DNA of 64,000 bases from Candidatus Micrarchaeota archaeon. Its GTDB lineage: Archaea > Micrarchaeota > Micrarchaeia > Micrarchaeales > CABMGC01. The position numbers and the translations under genes were made by a program. Under the pieces are notes generated by a model. That model saw only the letters and a program-made list of their open reading frames with translations, ran no database searches and was not told where the DNA came from. The stretch lies in assembly GCA_028866835.1 (NCBI GenBank), contig JAGWHJ010000001.1, positions 4,636 to 68,635 of the forward strand. The letters run 5' to 3'. Within the stretch, counting starts at the first letter, position 1; every line of letters begins with the position of its first letter. Shown here piece by piece: positions 1-9,086 of the stretch.

Positions 1-2
1 AG

Positions 3-779
3 TTGCCGATGGTTAGGGAGATAACCACAAAGATGCTCAACATAGATCCTTCGAAGGAGCCGATACCGGTGAGGCCTGCGGCGCATTTCACGATGGGCGG
101 CATAGACAGCGACATAGACGGCCACGTGGTTGACAGTAATGGCCGCGCCATTGCAGGGCTGTGGGCCATCGGGGAGTGTGCGAGCGTCAGCGTGCACGGT
201 GCGAACAGGCTTGGCAGCAATTCCCTGAGCCAATGCTCTGTCTGGGGCAAGATCGTAGGGCGCGAATCGGCAAAGCGCGCAGTGGACATGAAGGCAGAAG
301 CACCGCACAGGGAGGGCGTCATGGAGCAGAGCGATATCTCGATGAAGGAGATTGACAGACTGCTCTCTGCAAAGAACGGCGATGATCCGTACGCTATAAG
401 GGACGAGCTTTTCGACACCATGGACAGCTGCTTCTACGTGTACAGGAATATGCCGGGGATGAGAAATGGTCTGAAGGTGCTCTACAGGCTCCGCGAAAGG
501 TACAAAAAGATAGCATTAAAAGACAAGGGTGCGGTATTCAATACGAACCTCAGGGATGCGCTTGAGATCGGTAACATGCTCGACATAGCCCTGGTCATTG
601 GTGAATGTGCAATAAGGAGGAAGGAGAGCCGCGGCGCGCACGTCGTTGAGGAGCATCCGAAGAGGGATGACAGACACTGGCTCAAGCACACAATAGCCTA
701 CAGGTCCGGAAACGGGATGGACTTCTCTTACAAGCCAGTTACGATAACAAAATGGCAGCCTGAGGAGAGGAAATACTAG
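3..779 (+). CDS. sdhA: Succinate dehydrogenase/fumarate reductase flavoprotein subunit, C-terminal part (gene starts before the window)
   Basis: PVRPAAHFTMGG, GLWAIGECA-SVHGANRLGSNSL and RKESRGAH motifs; RDDRHWLKHT and ERKY at the C-terminus. Confidence 0.95.
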   Translation: MPMVREITTKMLNIDPSKEPIPVRPAAHFTMGGIDSDIDGHVVDSNGRAIAGLWAIGECASVSVHGANRLGSNSLSQCSVWGKIVGRESAKRAVDMKAEAPHREGVMEQSDISMKEIDRLLSAKNGDDPYAIRDELFDTMDSCFYVYRNMPGMRNGLKVLYRLRERYKKIALKDKGAVFNTNLRDALEIGNMLDIALVIGECAIRRKESRGAHVVEEHPKRDDRHWLKHTIAYRSGNGMDFSYKPVTITKWQPEERKY

Positions 780-787
780 GTGTAACA

Positions 788-1201
788 ACGAAGGAGACAA
801 CCGATCTTAGGGGCAGGCAACTGGGCATAATAAGGCAGCTGGCCTTCAATGGGGAGGCCTTCCTGCACATGATCTTCTATCGCGCTCTCATTATATTTGC
901 ACCGATAGTCGGCATTGTGATAATAGCGGATCTGCTTGCCCCCGGCGCGGCCATAGACAGCGACTTGGAGGTCATGATTGCGATAGTTTGGTTCCTCTTC
1001 ACTGTCCAGGTTTACGAGGAGACGAAGGCAGCCGTAGTGATCGCCACAAAGGGCGCGGTGTACGGCAGGCTTAACGAATCCTTCTCGAGCTATGGGACGA
1101 GCAAGCATTGGCTGAACGCGCTGCTCTGGCTCTTCCCTCCGGCTGCTACAGGCGCGTGGATAATAAGCTTCTTTGTGCTGCTGTACATGTGGTTCATATG
1201 A
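788..1201 (+). CDS. Membrane protein, putative SDH/FRD membrane anchor subunit (start proposed at ACG 788; first ATG at 869)
   Basis: About three hydrophobic helices; lies between sdhA and sdhB; its stop overlaps the sdhB ATG (ATGA). Frame is open from 764, with GGTG-N5-ACG at 779-790. Confidence 0.6.
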   Translation, partial: TKETTDLRGRQLGIIRQLAFNGEAFLHMIFYRALIIFAPIVGIVIIADLLAPGAAIDSDLEVMIAIVWFLFTVQVYEETKAAVVIATKGAVYGRLNESFSSYGTSKHWLNALLWLFPPAATGAWIISFFVLLYMWFI

Positions 1202-2220
1202 GGGGATCCAGGGTAGCCATATGGCTTTATGCGGGCATGATAGGGGTCCCTATCCTGCTCTTCGTATTCCTTGTCTTGAACTTTGTAAGTGCTCCTTATT
1301 CAGCAATAGGGATGCGTGCAAGCCTCGCCCTAGCAGCGATGGGGATGATAGCGCTTGGTGCGGTTGGCATGGACGAGGTATTCTTGCACAGGAGGGAGGG
1401 CGCCTTTGGAGAGGTACCGAAGCAGCTGGTCCTGCCAGCGGTGATGAGGGAAAATACAAAGCATATACCAGGCAAGGGCAGGATCATAACAGTGAGGATA
1501 AAGAGGTTCAACAGCACGACCAAGAACTTCGAGACGGAGACGTACCGCGCTAAGGCCGATGAACTGCAGACCGTCCTCGGCGCGCTGCTCGACATCAAGG
1601 CCTACTCGGATCCGACGCTATCGATGAGGTACAGCTGCAGGATGGGCATTTGCGGCTCGTGCGGCATGGAGGTCAACGGCAAGCCGGTTCTCGCGTGCGA
1701 GACGAACCTGCTCAGCAGCCTTGACACGAACGGCGAGATAGAGGTGCAGCCCATGCATGGCCATCCGCTGCTGAAGGACCTTGTCACGGACTTCGACAGC
1801 TTCTTCGAGAAGCATAAGTCGGTAGGGGCCAATCTTTACAGAAAGGATGAGAAGGAGCAGTACGAAGCGAAGAGGATATACAAGCAGACCTCTGGGCAGA
1901 CGGAGAAGTTCCTGCCGTATTCGTTCTGCATAATGTGCGGCCTCTGCCTTGACGCATGCCCGGTGGTCAATTCCAACCCTAACTTTGTCGGGCCCCAGGC
2001 GCTTTCGCAGGTTTACCGCTACAACGCCGATTCCAGGGACCAGGGCGCAGCAAATCGCCTCGTTGGTATAGACAGCATCGATGGCGTGTGGGGCTGCGAG
2101 TTTGCCGGCTCATGCTCGAAGGTCTGCCCGAAGGGCGTAGATCCTGCATCTGCTATACAGCTCCTGAAAGGGGATGCGATGAAGGGCTTCTTTGAGAAGG
2201 GAGATGTGGATGAGGAATAG
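1198..2220 (+). CDS. sdhB: Succinate dehydrogenase/fumarate reductase Fe-S subunit with an N-terminal two-TM extension
   Basis: SCRMGICGSCG..C ([2Fe-2S]), CIMCGLCLDACP ([4Fe-4S]) and CEFAGSCSKVCP ([3Fe-4S]-type); first ~60 aa hydrophobic; ATG 1198 overlaps the upstream stop. Confidence 0.92.
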   Translation: MRGSRVAIWLYAGMIGVPILLFVFLVLNFVSAPYSAIGMRASLALAAMGMIALGAVGMDEVFLHRREGAFGEVPKQLVLPAVMRENTKHIPGKGRIITVRIKRFNSTTKNFETETYRAKADELQTVLGALLDIKAYSDPTLSMRYSCRMGICGSCGMEVNGKPVLACETNLLSSLDTNGEIEVQPMHGHPLLKDLVTDFDSFFEKHKSVGANLYRKDEKEQYEAKRIYKQTSGQTEKFLPYSFCIMCGLCLDACPVVNSNPNFVGPQALSQVYRYNADSRDQGAANRLVGIDSIDGVWGCEFAGSCSKVCPKGVDPASAIQLLKGDAMKGFFEKGDVDEE

Positions 2221-3589
2221 AATAGAATCGGACGTCCTTGGCAATGTAAGGATACCCTATGATGCTTATTACGGCTCGGAGACGCAGCGCGCGCTCAACA
2301 ATTTCAAGATCTCGCAGCTCAGGATGCAGCCAGAGCTCATAAAGACATATGCGATGGTAAAGCTTGCGGCTGCGCTCGCCAACATGAGGCTCGGAAAGCT
2401 GGACAGGACAAAGGGCAGAGCCATCTCAAGGGCATGCACGGAGATAATACACGGGAAGTTCGCAGACCAGTTCACAGTGGACGTGTTCCAGGCAGGTGCA
2501 GGCACGAGCACAAACATGAACGTCAACGAGGTCGTTGCAAACCGCGCCATAGAGTTCCTGGGAGGAAAGCGCGGCAACTACAGGCTTGTGCATCCCAACG
2601 ACCATGTCAACATGTCGCAGTCGACAAATGACACAATGCCATCGGTGATAAGGATAGCCACGTATCTCGCAATAAGGAAAAAGCTGATGCCGTCGCTTAA
2701 CATCCTTCGCGGATCCCTGCACCAAAAGGCGACAGGCTTCGAAAAGGTTGTGAAGATAGGCAGGACACACCTCGAGGACGCGGTGCCGATAAGGCTTGGC
2801 CAGGAATTTTCAGGTTACGCGGGCGCTGTCGAGAGATCGATCAGGTCGCTCGAGGCTGCTTCATCGAACCTTCTCGAGCTTCCGCTCGGAGGCACTGCCG
2901 TTGGCACCGGGATAAATGCGGGGCCCATGTACACGAAACAGGTCATGATCGAGCTCGGCAGGATCACGCGTGCGCGCTTCACTGCGGCCAAGAACATCTT
3001 CAATCTGATGCAGAGCCGTACCGACGAGCTCGAGGCGAGCAACGCGATAACTGAGGCTGCCGTCTCGATCAACAAGATCGCCAATGATTTCAGGCTGCTC
3101 AACTCGGGACCGAGGGCGGGCATAGGCGACATAGTCCTTCCCGCGGTGCAGCCGGGCTCGTCGATCATGCCTGGCAAGATAAACCCGAGCATCGCGGAGA
3201 TGGTGAACATGGTCTGCTTCCAGGTGATGGGCTCAAATGAGACGATAAAGCAGGCATCCGAGGCTGGCCAGCTCGAGATAAACGTCTTCATGCCCGTCAT
3301 AGCCTACAATCTGCTCTTCTCGATAGAGATACTCTCGAATGCGTCAAGGACCTTCGAAGCCAGATGCATAAAGGGGATAAGGGCGAACACCGGCGCCATA
3401 AACCAGCATCTTGAGAGGAACCTGTCGCTTGCGACTGCACTTACTCCGGTAATAGGCTACAAGAAGGCATCAAGGATAGCAAGGGTCGCGTATCTTAAGA
3501 ACAAGACGGTCAAGCAGGTCTGCCTTGAGATGAAGGTGCTTGACGAAAAGACACTTGACAGGCTTCTGGACCCGCACAGCGTACATTGA
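2210..3589 (+). CDS. fumC: Class II fumarate hydratase (fumarase/aspartase family)
   Basis: GSSIMPGKINP signature, HPNDHVNMSQSTND and KIGRTHLEDA; directly follows sdhAB. Aspartase cannot be fully excluded. Confidence 0.85.
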   Translation: MRNRIESDVLGNVRIPYDAYYGSETQRALNNFKISQLRMQPELIKTYAMVKLAAALANMRLGKLDRTKGRAISRACTEIIHGKFADQFTVDVFQAGAGTSTNMNVNEVVANRAIEFLGGKRGNYRLVHPNDHVNMSQSTNDTMPSVIRIATYLAIRKKLMPSLNILRGSLHQKATGFEKVVKIGRTHLEDAVPIRLGQEFSGYAGAVERSIRSLEAASSNLLELPLGGTAVGTGINAGPMYTKQVMIELGRITRARFTAAKNIFNLMQSRTDELEASNAITEAAVSINKIANDFRLLNSGPRAGIGDIVLPAVQPGSSIMPGKINPSIAEMVNMVCFQVMGSNETIKQASEAGQLEINVFMPVIAYNLLFSIEILSNASRTFEARCIKGIRANTGAINQHLERNLSLATALTPVIGYKKASRIARVAYLKNKTVKQVCLEMKVLDEKTLDRLLDPHSVH

Positions 3590-3592
3590 GGG

Positions 3593-4111
3593 TCAAGGCG
3601 GATAGCGGCTGCTGGTGTAGAAAGGAGATACGAATACTGTTCCGCTGCCAGTGGTGTTGAATGTCTCGTTGCTGCATACTGCACCCTGGCATACGGCGTA
3701 GCTGATTATGAACCGCGGCTGGAGCTGCTGGCCTATGCGGGTCTTTATTCCCAGGAGGGTTGAATTACAGACAGCGGTGGCTCCCTCCGAGAGATTCAGC
3801 GGCACGCATCCGCCGAAATATTCGCTTCCTGCGAACAGATATGGCTCTATGCCGAAGCTGTCAGGAACTATCCTTATGTTCGTTCCGAGCCCGTTCGTGA
3901 ATATGACAACCCCCTTTGTCCCGGTGCTGTTGCTCAATATCGCCATGGTATCGCAGTTGAGTGCTGTGCTTATGTAGCATGAGGATGCCTGGAATGTAGA
4001 TGAGGGCGAGGTGTTCAGGATGTTTATGGCGACAGCCGATATTATCACGGCTAGCACTACGAATGTCCACACGTACGCCCACAGGTATTCGATGCCGCTC
4101 TGCGCTTTCAT
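3593..4111 (-). CDS. Class III signal-peptide (archaeal pilin-like) surface protein
   Basis: MKAQSGIEYL followed by a hydrophobic helix; Cys pairs and several N-x-S/T sequons. Confidence 0.75.
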   Translation of the reverse strand: MKAQSGIEYLWAYVWTFVVLAVIISAVAINILNTSPSSTFQASSCYISTALNCDTMAILSNSTGTKGVVIFTNGLGTNIRIVPDSFGIEPYLFAGSEYFGGCVPLNLSEGATAVCNSTLLGIKTRIGQQLQPRFIISYAVCQGAVCSNETFNTTGSGTVFVSPFYTSSRYPP

Positions 4112-4188
4112 CAAGACTTACCCTCGCCGGAAAACATTTGCACTAACCAGATTATATACAATCATGCAGATATTTTAATAATTCGGAT

Positions 4189-5487
4189 TCAGTTGTTGCC
4201 GAATAGATTCCCTATGACGAAGTCGGGGTCGTACGCTACAAGGTCCTCGTACCTCTCCCCGGTCCCGAAGAACAGGATCGGCACTGTAGTATCCCCCAGT
4301 ATGGAGAGCGTGTTGCCGCCCTTTGCATCGACGTCCAGCTTCGTGAGGATTATGCCGTCAATCGTCACGGCCTCGTGGATTACCCTCACCTGCTCCAGAA
4401 GCGAGTTGCCCGCTATGCTCTCGCCGACGAATATCTTCATGTCAGGCTTTGCTATCCTCACCATCTTCTTGAGCTCCTCGATGAGGCTCTTGTTCGTCTC
4501 CTGCCTTCCCGCGCTGTCCATCAGGACAACGTCTACGCCGTGCGCCTTCGCGTGTGCTATCGCATCGAAGGCCACGCTAGCAGGATCTGCACCGTACTTT
4601 CCTTTTATGACGCGTATTCCCAGGCGGTCCGCATGGACCGCGGTCTGCTCGATCGCGGCTGCCCTGAAAGTATCGCTCGCTGAGAAGACGCAGGATAGTC
4701 CATTGTCCGACATCATCTTCGCGACCTTCGCCATCGTGGTCGTCTTGCCTGCGCCATTGGGGCCGATGAACAGGACCTTGAACGGAATGTCGCCTGATGA
4801 TTTCTTCGATCTTGCAAGGCTGACCAGATTTACGCCGCTTCCCTTGACAAGTATGCCCTTCACGGATTCCTTGATGGCATCGGATATCTGCGAGTTTACG
4901 TCACGCGAGTTTACCACCTTCCCGACAAGGGCCGTGTGTATCCCGTCGGTTATCCTCTCAGCCACGTCGTAGTTAACGTCGGATTCGAGAAGGTCGATCC
5001 TTAGGCCCTCCATGAAGGGCTCCACGTCCTTCTCGCTTATCTTTACCTGGCCGAATACGAAGCCCTTTATCTTTGTGGTGAAGCTGACATCCGCTTTCTT
5101 CGTCTCGAGGGGCTTTGCGTGCGCCTGAACCCTGGCCTCGGCCTTCTTGGCTACATTTTCTTCATTGCGTGATGGTTCCGGAATGGGCTCATGCAGGGTT
5201 TTTTCAGTGGCGGAGGGCTGCTGGATATGTTCGGCGTGCTTTGCCTCCGCATGATGTGCAGGCTTTTCGGTGATGGCAGGCTTTGCAACTGGTTCAGCGT
5301 GCCTTGCCTCTGCATAGTGCACTGGATGTTCGGGTATCTCCTTTGGCTTGGCCGCTTCCTGCAGCTTCTTTTCGGGCCCCGGAGCCGGAGCAGCCTCTGT
5401 CTGTTCCTTCTCCTGGCTCTTCTCCTTTTCCCTGTCGGAAAGCTTGTTTATAAGATTAGAGAACCTTTTCTTAAGTCCTTCAAACAT
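4189..5487 (-). CDS. ftsY: SRP receptor FtsY with a long Pro/Ala/Glu/His-rich N-terminal region
   Basis: GPNGAGKTTT, DTFRAAAIEQ, DSAGR, TKLD-DAKGG and GTGE motifs. Confidence 0.96.
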   Translation of the reverse strand: MFEGLKKRFSNLINKLSDREKEKSQEKEQTEAAPAPGPEKKLQEAAKPKEIPEHPVHYAEARHAEPVAKPAITEKPAHHAEAKHAEHIQQPSATEKTLHEPIPEPSRNEENVAKKAEARVQAHAKPLETKKADVSFTTKIKGFVFGQVKISEKDVEPFMEGLRIDLLESDVNYDVAERITDGIHTALVGKVVNSRDVNSQISDAIKESVKGILVKGSGVNLVSLARSKKSSGDIPFKVLFIGPNGAGKTTTMAKVAKMMSDNGLSCVFSASDTFRAAAIEQTAVHADRLGIRVIKGKYGADPASVAFDAIAHAKAHGVDVVLMDSAGRQETNKSLIEELKKMVRIAKPDMKIFVGESIAGNSLLEQVRVIHEAVTIDGIILTKLDVDAKGGNTLSILGDTTVPILFFGTGERYEDLVAYDPDFVIGNLFGNN

Positions 5488-5505
5488 GCAGAACCCAGCT
5501 TATGG

Positions 5506-5964
5506 CTACTCGATGCCCGAGCCGGCCAGCTGCTGCTGGAGTGCGGTCATCTTGTACGCTATCTCTATCAGCTCGCCCTCAACCTTCCTCTTGTCGGCAG
5601 TAAGCCTGTTTAGCAGTTGCTCGCCCTTTGCCTCGTTCTCCTTCAGGAATTCGATTGCCTGCGGGACCTTCTTCTCGACCATGTATCCCGCGCCGATGTA
5701 GACGAGCACCCTCTTCATGTCCGCTATCCTCCCGTCTATGTAGGTGCCCCCCTCGCAGTCGATAAGTATGTTCGTGCCCTTAACCATGTCCGATTTGCCC
5801 AGCAGCTCTATGTTGTTGCGCAGGGAGCTCTGAGCTATCGTGTAAGTGGCTATGTTGTCCTCTAGCGCCTGGTACTGCTGGCTGTATATCTGCTGCAGGT
5901 ACTGCAGCTGACCGAGCAGTTCGCGCGGATCCATGCTTGCCGCCGCATTCCCCTCTTCTGCCAT
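5506..5964 (-). CDS. pfdA: Prefoldin alpha subunit
   Basis: Coiled coils flanking VLVYIGAGYMVEK; conserved position upstream of ftsY. Confidence 0.88.
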   Translation of the reverse strand: MAEEGNAAASMDPRELLGQLQYLQQIYSQQYQALEDNIATYTIAQSSLRNNIELLGKSDMVKGTNILIDCEGGTYIDGRIADMKRVLVYIGAGYMVEKKVPQAIEFLKENEAKGEQLLNRLTADKRKVEGELIEIAYKMTALQQQLAGSGIE

Positions 5965-6011
5965 TTAATCACGCGGTATTATCTTGACAATTGAACATAT
6001 AAACGTTGACC

Positions 6012-6677
6012 TCAGAGGCCGAGCGCGTCGGTTATCCTCGATAGTTCGTAGCCCGTCGTCTGGTCGCCGACCACCGCGCCCTTCGAGTTGGCGATTATGC
6101 AGAGCCCGACGTTCGGGGAGCCCATGTTGGCCGTAGTCTGAGATACGCTTCCGACAAGCTTCATTATGGCCTCCTCCTCGTGCTCCGTTGTCCTGTTGTT
6201 CAGCACCATGCCATTGTTCGTTAGCTTGTTGTTTGCACCGACCGTCCCGAAGCCCCCTGTCGAGAGCCTCACGACCTCCACGTCGAGAGCATCGCCGATC
6301 TGCTTCATCTCACGGGCATCGTATTCGGGATTGACTATCGCGATCCTGTCGTTTGCAAGTATGTTGTTCCCCAATGCGTTGAGGTCGGTCTTGATGGTCT
6401 CTATATTGATGCCCGGCAGCTCCCTTCTGAGGAGCGCAATCTCGTCGCGCCTCGCAAGTTCGGGCACAAGCACGCCATTCGAGTTGGCAACAGCGAAGAT
6501 GCCTACGAGGTCGGAGCTGTCCACGGTGATGCGTATGGCCCTGGCGTCGAGATTCTCCCTTATGAGGCGCTCGTCGCCGGATGAGAGCATGCTCCCTATC
6601 AGTACGTATCCATCCGCCGCAGTTGCGAATGCACCCACATAGTCGTTGCCATGCACGGTGCCCTTAGCTACACCCAT
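6012..6677 (-). CDS. eif6: Translation initiation factor 6 (aIF6)
   Basis: NALGNNILAND, TANMGSPNVG and GDQTTGYELSRI motifs; context next to rpl31e. Confidence 0.95.
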   Translation of the reverse strand: MGVAKGTVHGNDYVGAFATAADGYVLIGSMLSSGDERLIRENLDARAIRITVDSSDLVGIFAVANSNGVLVPELARRDEIALLRRELPGINIETIKTDLNALGNNILANDRIAIVNPEYDAREMKQIGDALDVEVVRLSTGGFGTVGANNKLTNNGMVLNNRTTEHEEEAIMKLVGSVSQTTANMGSPNVGLCIIANSKGAVVGDQTTGYELSRITDALGL

Positions 6678-6695
6678 TGGTATTGCCTGTTGGAA

Positions 6696-7124
6696 TTAAC
6701 TCTTAGGAGCTTCGGGCGGTTTGGCGCTTGGCTGTGCGGCGGTCTTCTTCTCGTCGGCCTTCGGCTTCTGCTGCGGAGGCTGCCCCTTTGCGGCTGGCTG
6801 CTTCTGCGCTGGCGCAGCCTTTGCCTGGGCTGCAGGCTTTGCGGCATTTGCAGCAGGCTTCGCCTCGGGCTTCTTCTCCTCGAAGAGCTTCACTGTGACA
6901 ACCCCTCCTATCTTGTCCACGCTCAGCTTGAGCGGCTTGAACCTTCTCGAAACGTTCCTAAATATGTACTCGTTAACCTTTGTATCGATCTTGACGGCAT
7001 CGGACGGGACGCGCTCCTGCCTCCCAATTGTCTCCCTGAGGTAATCTGGGGCCTTTGACCTTATCCTGGTCGAATGTATCTTTACCAGGCTGCTCCTTAG
7101 TTTTACCGTGACGGTCTTTGCCAT
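6696..7124 (-). CDS. rpl31e: 50S ribosomal protein eL31 with a Pro/Ala/Lys-rich C-terminal tail
   Basis: R-SKA...VKID-KVNEYIF pattern; lies between rpl39e and eif6. Confidence 0.8.
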   Translation of the reverse strand: MAKTVTVKLRSSLVKIHSTRIRSKAPDYLRETIGRQERVPSDAVKIDTKVNEYIFRNVSRRFKPLKLSVDKIGGVVTVKLFEEKKPEAKPAANAAKPAAQAKAAPAQKQPAAKGQPPQQKPKADEKKTAAQPSAKPPEAPKS

Positions 7125-7128
7125 GATA

Positions 7129-7287
7129 TCATGCCTTTATCCTTAGCTTCCTTCTCCTCCAGTCGCGCTGGAACTTGTTGTACTGTACTCGCCTGTGCGT
7201 CTTGAGCATGGCCAATGCAGGTATCCTTCCGTTCCTCTTCCTCCTGTTGCCCAGGATCATCTTCTTTTTCTGGCTCTTCTTGCCCAT
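7129..7287 (-). CDS. rpl39e: 50S ribosomal protein eL39 (52 aa; absent from the ORF track)
   Basis: Hand translation MGKKSQKKKMILGNRRKRNGRIPALAMLKTHRRVQYNKFQRDWRRRKLRIKA; typical R-WRR-KL end. Confidence 0.92.
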   Translation of the reverse strand: MGKKSQKKKMILGNRRKRNGRIPALAMLKTHRRVQYNKFQRDWRRRKLRIKA

Positions 7288-7291
7288 ATCA

Positions 7292-7618
7292 TCACTTGTG
7301 CTTGAACTCTATTCTTGTTTCAGGCTTGCTCGTGAGCTTGCCGAGAACGTCCTTGAGCTGCTGCTCGGTAAGCTTCCCGTAGAGCTTCTTGCTCTGAACC
7401 ATCGCAATTATGAGGTCGACAAGCTGCGAATACAGCTCGTAGTTTGAAACACGCACATTCATCAGCCTTTCATAGGCATCCGGCATTATGAACTTCCTTA
7501 TTATGGACCGCTTCTGCTGCTCTATCTGCAGTTCGCGCAGCCTCTTTGCCATCGCTTGCCTTACTTTCTGCTGTTCCTCGTTGTTGCCTTCATTCTCGCT
7601 CTCTTGCGCCAACTTCAA
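7292..7618 (-). CDS. PDCD5-like dsDNA-binding protein
   Basis: QKRSIIRKFIMPDAYERLMNVR...KLTEQQLKDVL; conserved position after rps19e. Confidence 0.88.
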   Translation of the reverse strand: MKLAQESENEGNNEEQQKVRQAMAKRLRELQIEQQKRSIIRKFIMPDAYERLMNVRVSNYELYSQLVDLIIAMVQSKKLYGKLTEQQLKDVLGKLTSKPETRIEFKHK

Positions 7619-8031
7619 GCACCCTTGCTTATCTCGTTAGCTATCTTGTCAAGGAAGGACTTTCCCGTGCTCGTTATGACCCTTCCCTGCTTCGTGCTCT
7701 TCACGTATCCGAGCTTCTCAAGGGCAGTGAACGCATCCTTTATGATGCTGCCTCCTGCCCTGTAGTTGTGGTGCCTAGTAACTACGTGGCCTTTCTTGCT
7801 TCCGTACTTGAGCCTGAGCTTCGAGATGCCGACAGGCCCGTTTATGTAGACCTGCCTTATGACCGAGGCGCACCTGACGTACCAGAAATCCGGGTCTGCC
7901 GGTGGCCTCTCCCTGCCGGAGCCCGTCTTGACAAGCTGTATGTAAGGCGGCTTCTTTATGCCTGCCGTCTTCAGCTTCTCTGCCGTCCGCTTTATAAGCT
8001 CCGCGGTATCAACTTCAAAAACGTTTGCCAA
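7615..8031 (-). CDS. rps19e: 30S ribosomal protein eS19
   Basis: VKTG..RERPP..PDFWYVRCASV.R, GPVGI.KL..KYG and GRVIT..GKSFLD motifs; TTG start after GGTG. Confidence 0.96.
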   Translation of the reverse strand: MANVFEVDTAELIKRTAEKLKTAGIKKPPYIQLVKTGSGRERPPADPDFWYVRCASVIRQVYINGPVGISKLRLKYGSKKGHVVTRHHNYRAGGSIIKDAFTALEKLGYVKSTKQGRVITSTGKSFLDKIANEISKGA

Positions 8032-8163
8032 TATAACACCCTGTAGGATGCGTGCCTATCTATAAGATGCAGTAGATATATAATTATTCTGCTGTCTTAA
8101 TATGTACAATAAGCAGCACATTAGTATCTAAAATGAAGCTTATAAATGTTTATGGTGGATCCC

Positions 8164-8430
8164 ATGAAGGCAAATTTTATAGAGGATGAGACGAAAAGCC
8201 TGATTGTTGAATTCAGCGGCATTGACAGGAGCGTGCTCGAACTGATAAAGAGCAAGCTCATGGAGAGCAAGGACATCGAGTTCGTCAGCGTGAACAAGGA
8301 GCATCCGGAGACCGGCACACCGCGCCTGATCGTTAAGTCCAGCAAGAATGCAAGGTCGCTTGTCCTGAAGGCGATAGAGGAGGCCCAGGAGGAGATGAAG
8401 GAGCTGGCCTCGCACGTGCCGAAGAAGTAA
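8164..8430 (+). CDS. rpoL: DNA-directed RNA polymerase subunit L (Rpo11)
   Basis: Size ~88 aa; VEF...EHPETGTPRLIVK pattern. Confidence 0.8.
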   Translation: MKANFIEDETKSLIVEFSGIDRSVLELIKSKLMESKDIEFVSVNKEHPETGTPRLIVKSSKNARSLVLKAIEEAQEEMKELASHVPKK

Positions 8431-8434
8431 TCCG

Positions 8435-8992
8435 ATGCTGAAGAGCGGCGTCAGGATAATAGCATTCGAGGATTCGCCCATCCTGAAGGGCAGGAAGGAC
8501 GTACTTGTCGTTGGGGTCATAGGCAGGCAGGACATAATAGAGGGCGTGCTCTCGTTCAGGGCAATTGTTGATGGGAACGACGCTACATCCAAGCTCGCAA
8601 GAGCTGTCAAGAGATCCAGATTCGCGGGCCAGATAAGGCTGCTAACGCTAAACGGGATAACAGTGGCAGGCCTGAACATAATCGACATGGCGAAGCTTAA
8701 CAGATCGCTAGGAATCCCGGTGCTTGCGATAACGAGGCAGAAACCAAACCCTTCGAAGCTGATGGAGGCGGTAAGGCATCACTCAGGGAAGGATTCCGCC
8801 AAAAAGATTGCCGTAATAAAGCGCACGAAGGAGGCGATGCTCCTGCTTAAGAGGTCGGGCCATTATTTCCAGTGTGTGGGCATCGAGAAGAAGGACCTGG
8901 CGAATTTTGCCGATCTTTCCGTCTCGCTGCTTAGGCTTGGGCATATCATAGCGAGCGGCGTGACAAGCGGGGAATCGCATGGAAGGATGTAA
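8435..8992 (+). CDS. DUF99/UPF0215 endonuclease V-like protein
   Basis: IIAFEDS, VDGNDAT, GITVAGLNIID and LRLGHIIASGV..GES.GR motifs. Confidence 0.85.
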   Translation: MLKSGVRIIAFEDSPILKGRKDVLVVGVIGRQDIIEGVLSFRAIVDGNDATSKLARAVKRSRFAGQIRLLTLNGITVAGLNIIDMAKLNRSLGIPVLAITRQKPNPSKLMEAVRHHSGKDSAKKIAVIKRTKEAMLLLKRSGHYFQCVGIEKKDLANFADLSVSLLRLGHIIASGVTSGESHGRM

Positions 8993-9086
8993 TAATTATC
9001 GCCTTTGGCCTTATATCTTTGCAAGGTATTAATAAACTAATTCAAAACTTTTAAAAATCAATTCGCTCATCCTTAAATTGATTTTG

